Assembly (NCBI GenBank): GCA_964468895.1
Contig: CAYXWT010000014.1
Location: forward strand, 1-9,497
Length of the DNA stretch: 9,497 nt
Source: an uncultured archaeon
GTDB lineage: Archaea; Iainarchaeota; Iainarchaeia; Iainarchaeales; CSSED10-239
Direction: 5' to 3'
The position numbers were made by a program, and so were the translations under genes. The first letter of the stretch is position 1. Each line of letters opens with the position of its first letter. Positions 5,668 through 9,497 of the stretch are shown here, one piece after another. Below the pieces are notes generated by a model. It was not told where the DNA came from, made no database searches, and saw nothing but the letters and a program-made list of their open reading frames with translations.

Positions 5668-8259
5668 ATGGTTACAATTAAAAAAATTAAAAATATTGAG
5701 TTTGGATTTTTAAGTCCTGAGATGATTAGAAAATTATCTGCTGTTGAAATTAAAAGAGCAGATACTTATGATAAAGATGGTTATCCAATAGAAAGAGGAT
5801 TAATGGATCCACATCTTGGTGTTATTTCACCAGGTCTTAGATGTAAAACTTGTGGTCAGACTATGAAAAACTGTCCAGGTCATTTTGGTAGTATTGAATT
5901 AATTAGACCTGTTGTTTATCCTAAATTTAGTGATAAATTAATTACTATCTTAGCTTGTACTTGTAAAGATTGTGGTAGAATTTTAGCAAATCCTGAAGAA
6001 ATACAAGAAATTTTAAGATTAGGAGACGATAAAGGTAAATTAGAAAAAGAAATTAAATTAATTGCAAAAACTCATAAAACTTGTCCTTATTGTGATTCTG
6101 AAGTTCCTAAAACTGTTTTAGATAAACCAACTAATTTTTATGTTGATGGAGAAAGAATTTATCCTTCAGAAATATTAGAATGGATTTTAAAAGTACCTGA
6201 TAATGATAAATTTTTATTTGGTTATTCTGATAAATTAAAACCAGAATGGTTTATTATGAGAGTAATACCAGTAGCACCTGTTGCTATTAGACCATCTTTA
6301 TCTTTAGAAAATGTAATTACTAGTGAAGATGATTTAACTTATAAATTATTAGATATTGTTAGAATAAATATAAGATTACAAGAAAATATTAATGCTGGAG
6401 CTCCTCAAATAATTATTGAAGATCTTTGGGATTTATTACAATTTAATGTTACTACTTATATAGATAATAATACTGCTGGAGTTCCTCCAGCTAAACAAAG
6501 AAGTGGAAAACCACTTAAAACTTTAGCTCAAAGATTAAAAGGTAAGAAAGGTAGATTTAGATATAATTTAATTGGTAAAAGAGTAAATGCTTCTGCACGT
6601 TCTACTATTACTCCTTCAGTTGATTTAAGAATTAATGAACTTGGTGTTCCTGAACAAATTGCAAATACTTTAACTATTCCTGAAAAAGTTACTAGCTGGA
6701 ATGTAAATAGATGTAAAAAGCTAATCAAAGATGATTTTGTAAATTATATTATTACTCCTAAAGGACTTAGAAAGATAGTTACTAAAGATAATAAAGAAGA
6801 AATAGCTGATATCTTAGAAGAAGGTATGACTATAAAAAGAAATTTGCAAGATGGTGATTTGGTAATATTTAATAGACAACCTTCACTTCATAGAACTTCT
6901 ATGATGGGTCATTATGCAAAAATACTTCCAGGTTTAACATTTAGATTAAATCCAATATCTTGTGATCCTTATAATGCTGATTTTGATGGTGATGATATGA
7001 ATCTTCATTGTCCTCAAAGTGAAGAATCTTATACAGAAGTTAAGGAACTTATGAGTTTAGAAAAGCACGTTATTAGTATTAGACATGGTGAACCTATGGT
7101 AGTTCCAGCTCATGATATGCTTGATGGAAGTTATTTATTAACTAAAAAAAGCGCTGTTTTTAATAAAGAACAAGCAATGGATATGTTATATTCTATAGGT
7201 GTAACTGAGTTACCTTCAGCTGATTGTGGTAAAGGTAATTATTCAGGAAAATTATTATTTAGTCAGATATTACCTGATGATTTAAATATTGAGTATAAAA
7301 ATAAATTGTGTAGTTTAATTAATTCAGTAAATCCTTGTAAAACATGTCTTAAAGAAAAGTGTCCTTATGATGCATATTTTAAAGTTAAAAATGGATTGTT
7401 AGTTTCTGGTGTTTTAGATAATATGATTAGTAAACATAAAAATTTAGTAGAAACAATTTATAGAAATTATAGTCCAGAAGCATTAATTGATTTTTATTAT
7501 AAGTATACTAAATTATTATTTGCTACACTTAATCAAAAAGGATTAACTGTTGCTTTAGATGAATATACTGCTAATGATAATCTTAAAAAAGAAATTAAAT
7601 CTAAGGTTAAAACTACTATTACTAAATCAAATGCTATTATTAAAAAATATACAGATAAAACTTTACCTTTAATTGCTGGTAAAGATTTAGATGAAACTTT
7701 TGAATTAGAAATACTTAATTTAACTGGAAAAATGAAATCTGAAGTATCTCAAGAAATTTTAAATATCAAACTAAAAGATATTTTTAATGAAAATTTGATT
7801 GCAAATAATAATTCTACTATGCTTGCAAGTGTTGGCGGTTCACGTGGAAAAATTTTAAATGTTGTTAATATTATGGGTCTTTGGGGACAAGTAACTGTTA
7901 GAAAAGGAAGACCTAAAAATGGATTCCATGATAGACTATTAAGTTTAAGTCCAAAAAATACTATGAATATTTTAGATTATGGTTTTGTAGATAGTAATTT
8001 TTATAATGGACTTAATCCAAGACAATATTTTATGCACTCTATGGGTGGTAGACAAGGTGAAGTTGATACAGGTGTTGCTACAAAAGTATCTGGTTATTTA
8101 TATAGAAGACTTGCTAATGCTATGAAAGATTTTGTTGTAGATGGAGATTTAAAAGTTGTTGGTGCTGGTGGAGATGTTGTTCAATTTAAATATGGTGATG
8201 ATGCATTAAGTCCAGATAAAGCATATCTTGGAAAAAATATAAATTTCTTTGATGAGTAA
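5668..8259 (+). CDS. rpoA1: DNA-directed RNA polymerase subunit A' (Rpo1N)
   Basis: The 863-aa product has the N-terminal Zn sites (CKTCGQTMKNCPGHFG; CTCKDCG...CPYCD) and the GKRVNASARSTITP block. It also carries RQPSLHRTSMMGH, the catalytic NADFDGDDMNLH loop and the bridge helix GGRQGEVDTGVATKVSGYLYRRL. The stop is TAA. Confidence 0.97.
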   Translation: MVTIKKIKNIEFGFLSPEMIRKLSAVEIKRADTYDKDGYPIERGLMDPHLGVISPGLRCKTCGQTMKNCPGHFGSIELIRPVVYPKFSDKLITILACTCKDCGRILANPEEIQEILRLGDDKGKLEKEIKLIAKTHKTCPYCDSEVPKTVLDKPTNFYVDGERIYPSEILEWILKVPDNDKFLFGYSDKLKPEWFIMRVIPVAPVAIRPSLSLENVITSEDDLTYKLLDIVRINIRLQENINAGAPQIIIEDLWDLLQFNVTTYIDNNTAGVPPAKQRSGKPLKTLAQRLKGKKGRFRYNLIGKRVNASARSTITPSVDLRINELGVPEQIANTLTIPEKVTSWNVNRCKKLIKDDFVNYIITPKGLRKIVTKDNKEEIADILEEGMTIKRNLQDGDLVIFNRQPSLHRTSMMGHYAKILPGLTFRLNPISCDPYNADFDGDDMNLHCPQSEESYTEVKELMSLEKHVISIRHGEPMVVPAHDMLDGSYLLTKKSAVFNKEQAMDMLYSIGVTELPSADCGKGNYSGKLLFSQILPDDLNIEYKNKLCSLINSVNPCKTCLKEKCPYDAYFKVKNGLLVSGVLDNMISKHKNLVETIYRNYSPEALIDFYYKYTKLLFATLNQKGLTVALDEYTANDNLKKEIKSKVKTTITKSNAIIKKYTDKTLPLIAGKDLDETFELEILNLTGKMKSEVSQEILNIKLKDIFNENLIANNNSTMLASVGGSRGKILNVVNIMGLWGQVTVRKGRPKNGFHDRLLSLSPKNTMNILDYGFVDSNFYNGLNPRQYFMHSMGGRQGEVDTGVATKVSGYLYRRLANAMKDFVVDGDLKVVGAGGDVVQFKYGDDALSPDKAYLGKNINFFDE

Positions 8260-8298
8260 ATTTAGTATTATAAAAAAACAAATATTATTTAAAATTAA

Positions 8299-8303
8299 AG
8301 GTG
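8299..8303 (+). promoter_or_regulatory. Shine-Dalgarno AGGTG upstream of rpoA2
   Basis: AGGTG lies 6 nt upstream of the ATG at 8310, in the 50-nt gap after rpoA1. Confidence 0.5.
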
Positions 8304-8309
8304 TTATTG

Positions 8310-9497
8310 ATGGAAAAATTACCTAAAAATATTGTTGAAAGAATAAATACATATTGTGAATCTAAAAAATTTGCAAGTTCTAAAAAAAATAAATTACTTG
8401 AAATTGTAGAAACACGTTATAACGAAAGTTTAGTTTCTCCAGGTGATGCTGTAGGTCTTATAGCTGCACAATCTATTGGAGAGCCTGGTACTCAGTTAAC
8501 TCTTAGAACTAAACACTATGCAGGTTCATTAGAAGTTTCTGTTGGGTCTGGTATTCAAAGAGTAATAGAAATTGTAGATGGTAGAAGTTCTGCAAAATAT
8601 CCTTCAATGAAAATATATGTAAATAAAGAATTAATTAAAAATGAAAAACAAGCTCAAAAATTTTGTAATTCTTTAGTTGATATAAAAGTAAAAAGTGTTG
8701 GAGATTTTAAAGAAGATTTTGTAGAGAAGAACGTTGTTTTTAAATTAGATTTAGAAAAATTAAATTATTTTAATTTAGATTCTGAAAAAATAATTACTTT
8801 AATTTATGATAGTATTGATAATCTATATACTTCTAAAAGATTTTCTTCAAATAAAACTCAAATTAATTTTCATTTTGATAAAGATGTAAGTTTATATGAT
8901 ATTAGAAAAGCTGTTATTAAATGGAATAAAATTCCTCTTGAAGGAATTAAACATATTGAAAAAGCAGTGTTACAAGAATTTAATGGTGAATTTGTAATTA
9001 CTACTAAAGGAAGTAATCTTAAAGAAATATTAAAATTAGAAGAAGTGGATACTTATAATACAATAACAAATGATATTTTTGAAATTCAAAAAGTATTTGG
9101 TGTTGAAGCTGCTAGAGAATGTATTATTACTGAATTTATGGAAACCTTTAAAGATAATGGTATTAGTTTAAATTTAAGACATACTTATTTACTTGCAGAT
9201 ATTATGACACTTTCTGGTTCTGTACAAGGTATTGTTAGAACAGGAATTACTGGACATAAGAGTAGTCCATTTGCAAGAGCTTCATTTGAAGAAACTATTA
9301 AACATATTTTAAATGCTGCATTTAATAATGAAGTTGAAACTTTAACAGGTGTTGTAGAAAATATTATTGTTGGACAACCAATTTGCGCTGGAACTGGTAC
9401 AGTTAAATTAACTTTAGATCCAAAAGTTTTTAAGAAAATGGTTAAAGCTAATCAAAAATTAGTTGCTTTAGAAAAGAAAGATGAAAAACCAGAAAAA
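8310..9497 (+). CDS. rpoA2: DNA-directed RNA polymerase subunit A'' (Rpo1C), 3' end not reached in the window
   Basis: This ORF is absent from the supplied track because it has no stop in the window. My own translation from ATG 8310 gives 396 sense codons running to the last base: [18 protein letters not shown]...[30 protein letters not shown]...[14 protein letters not shown]...[13 protein letters not shown]...[16 protein letters not shown]...[18 protein letters not shown]. These are the trigger-loop and C-terminal cleft blocks of archaeal A'' / the Rpb1 C-terminal region. Confidence 0.93.
   Translation, partial: MEKLPKNIVERINTYCESKKFASSKKNKLLEIVETRYNESLVSPGDAVGLIAAQSIGEPGTQLTLRTKHYAGSLEVSVGSGIQRVIEIVDGRSSAKYPSMKIYVNKELIKNEKQAQKFCNSLVDIKVKSVGDFKEDFVEKNVVFKLDLEKLNYFNLDSEKIITLIYDSIDNLYTSKRFSSNKTQINFHFDKDVSLYDIRKAVIKWNKIPLEGIKHIEKAVLQEFNGEFVITTKGSNLKEILKLEEVDTYNTITNDIFEIQKVFGVEAARECIITEFMETFKDNGISLNLRHTYLLADIMTLSGSVQGIVRTGITGHKSSPFARASFEETIKHILNAAFNNEVETLTGVVENIIVGQPICAGTGTVKLTLDPKVFKKMVKANQKLVALEKKDEKPEK

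Noticed and set aside
6528-6728. A 66-aa ORF on the minus strand inside rpoA1
   Set aside because: It lies entirely antisense to a strongly conserved part of A' (the GKRVNASARSTITP region). It has no RBS, no recognisable domain and a hydrophobic or odd composition. This is typical of a shadow ORF created by the codon structure of the sense gene.
2277-9497. Possible inteins, frameshifts or alternative genetic code within the RNAP genes
   Set aside because: Subunit lengths (488, 608, 863 and more than 396 aa) are canonical. Conserved blocks are contiguous, with no Cys/Ser...HN intein boundaries. The standard code gives uninterrupted full-length homologues, Trp is TGG, and the complete genes stop at TAA or TAG.

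Overview
This very AT-rich window (roughly three-quarters A+T by eye, Arg almost always AGA, Lys mostly AAA) has all of its genes on the + strand. It holds the archaeal core RNA polymerase operon in the classic split order rpoH, rpoB2 (B'', N-terminal half of B), rpoB1 (B', C-terminal half), rpoA1 (A'), rpoA2 (A''). The rpoA2 ORF is still open at the window end. A 12-TM MFS-type transporter and a 271-nt non-coding spacer lie upstream. Split B plus split A with rpoH in front is the arrangement known from methanogens, halophiles and related lineages. Together with the low GC and the divergent conserved motifs, this suggests a small-genome, fast-evolving archaeon such as a DPANN-type lineage or an AT-rich methanogen relative; that assignment is inference only. 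I see no CRISPR array, tRNA or rRNA, mobile element, intein, recoding signal or defence-like gene set. This is a housekeeping locus, and I do not claim a novel multi-gene system. Six observations merit a second look. (1) RpoH carries an N-terminal Lys-rich extension of about 64 aa, has no ATG anywhere in its frame, and probably starts at a TTG. (2) Several normally near-invariant RNAP motifs are substituted: the B' NQSPRN segment, the A'' trigger loop, the A' bridge helix, and GDEMN changed to GDDMN. (3) An extra four-Cys cluster sits in A'. (4) A 44-codon hydrophobic small ORF lies in the spacer. (5) Short G-containing direct repeats sit at the transporter stop codon. (6) Lys/Glu-rich tails recur on three unrelated proteins.
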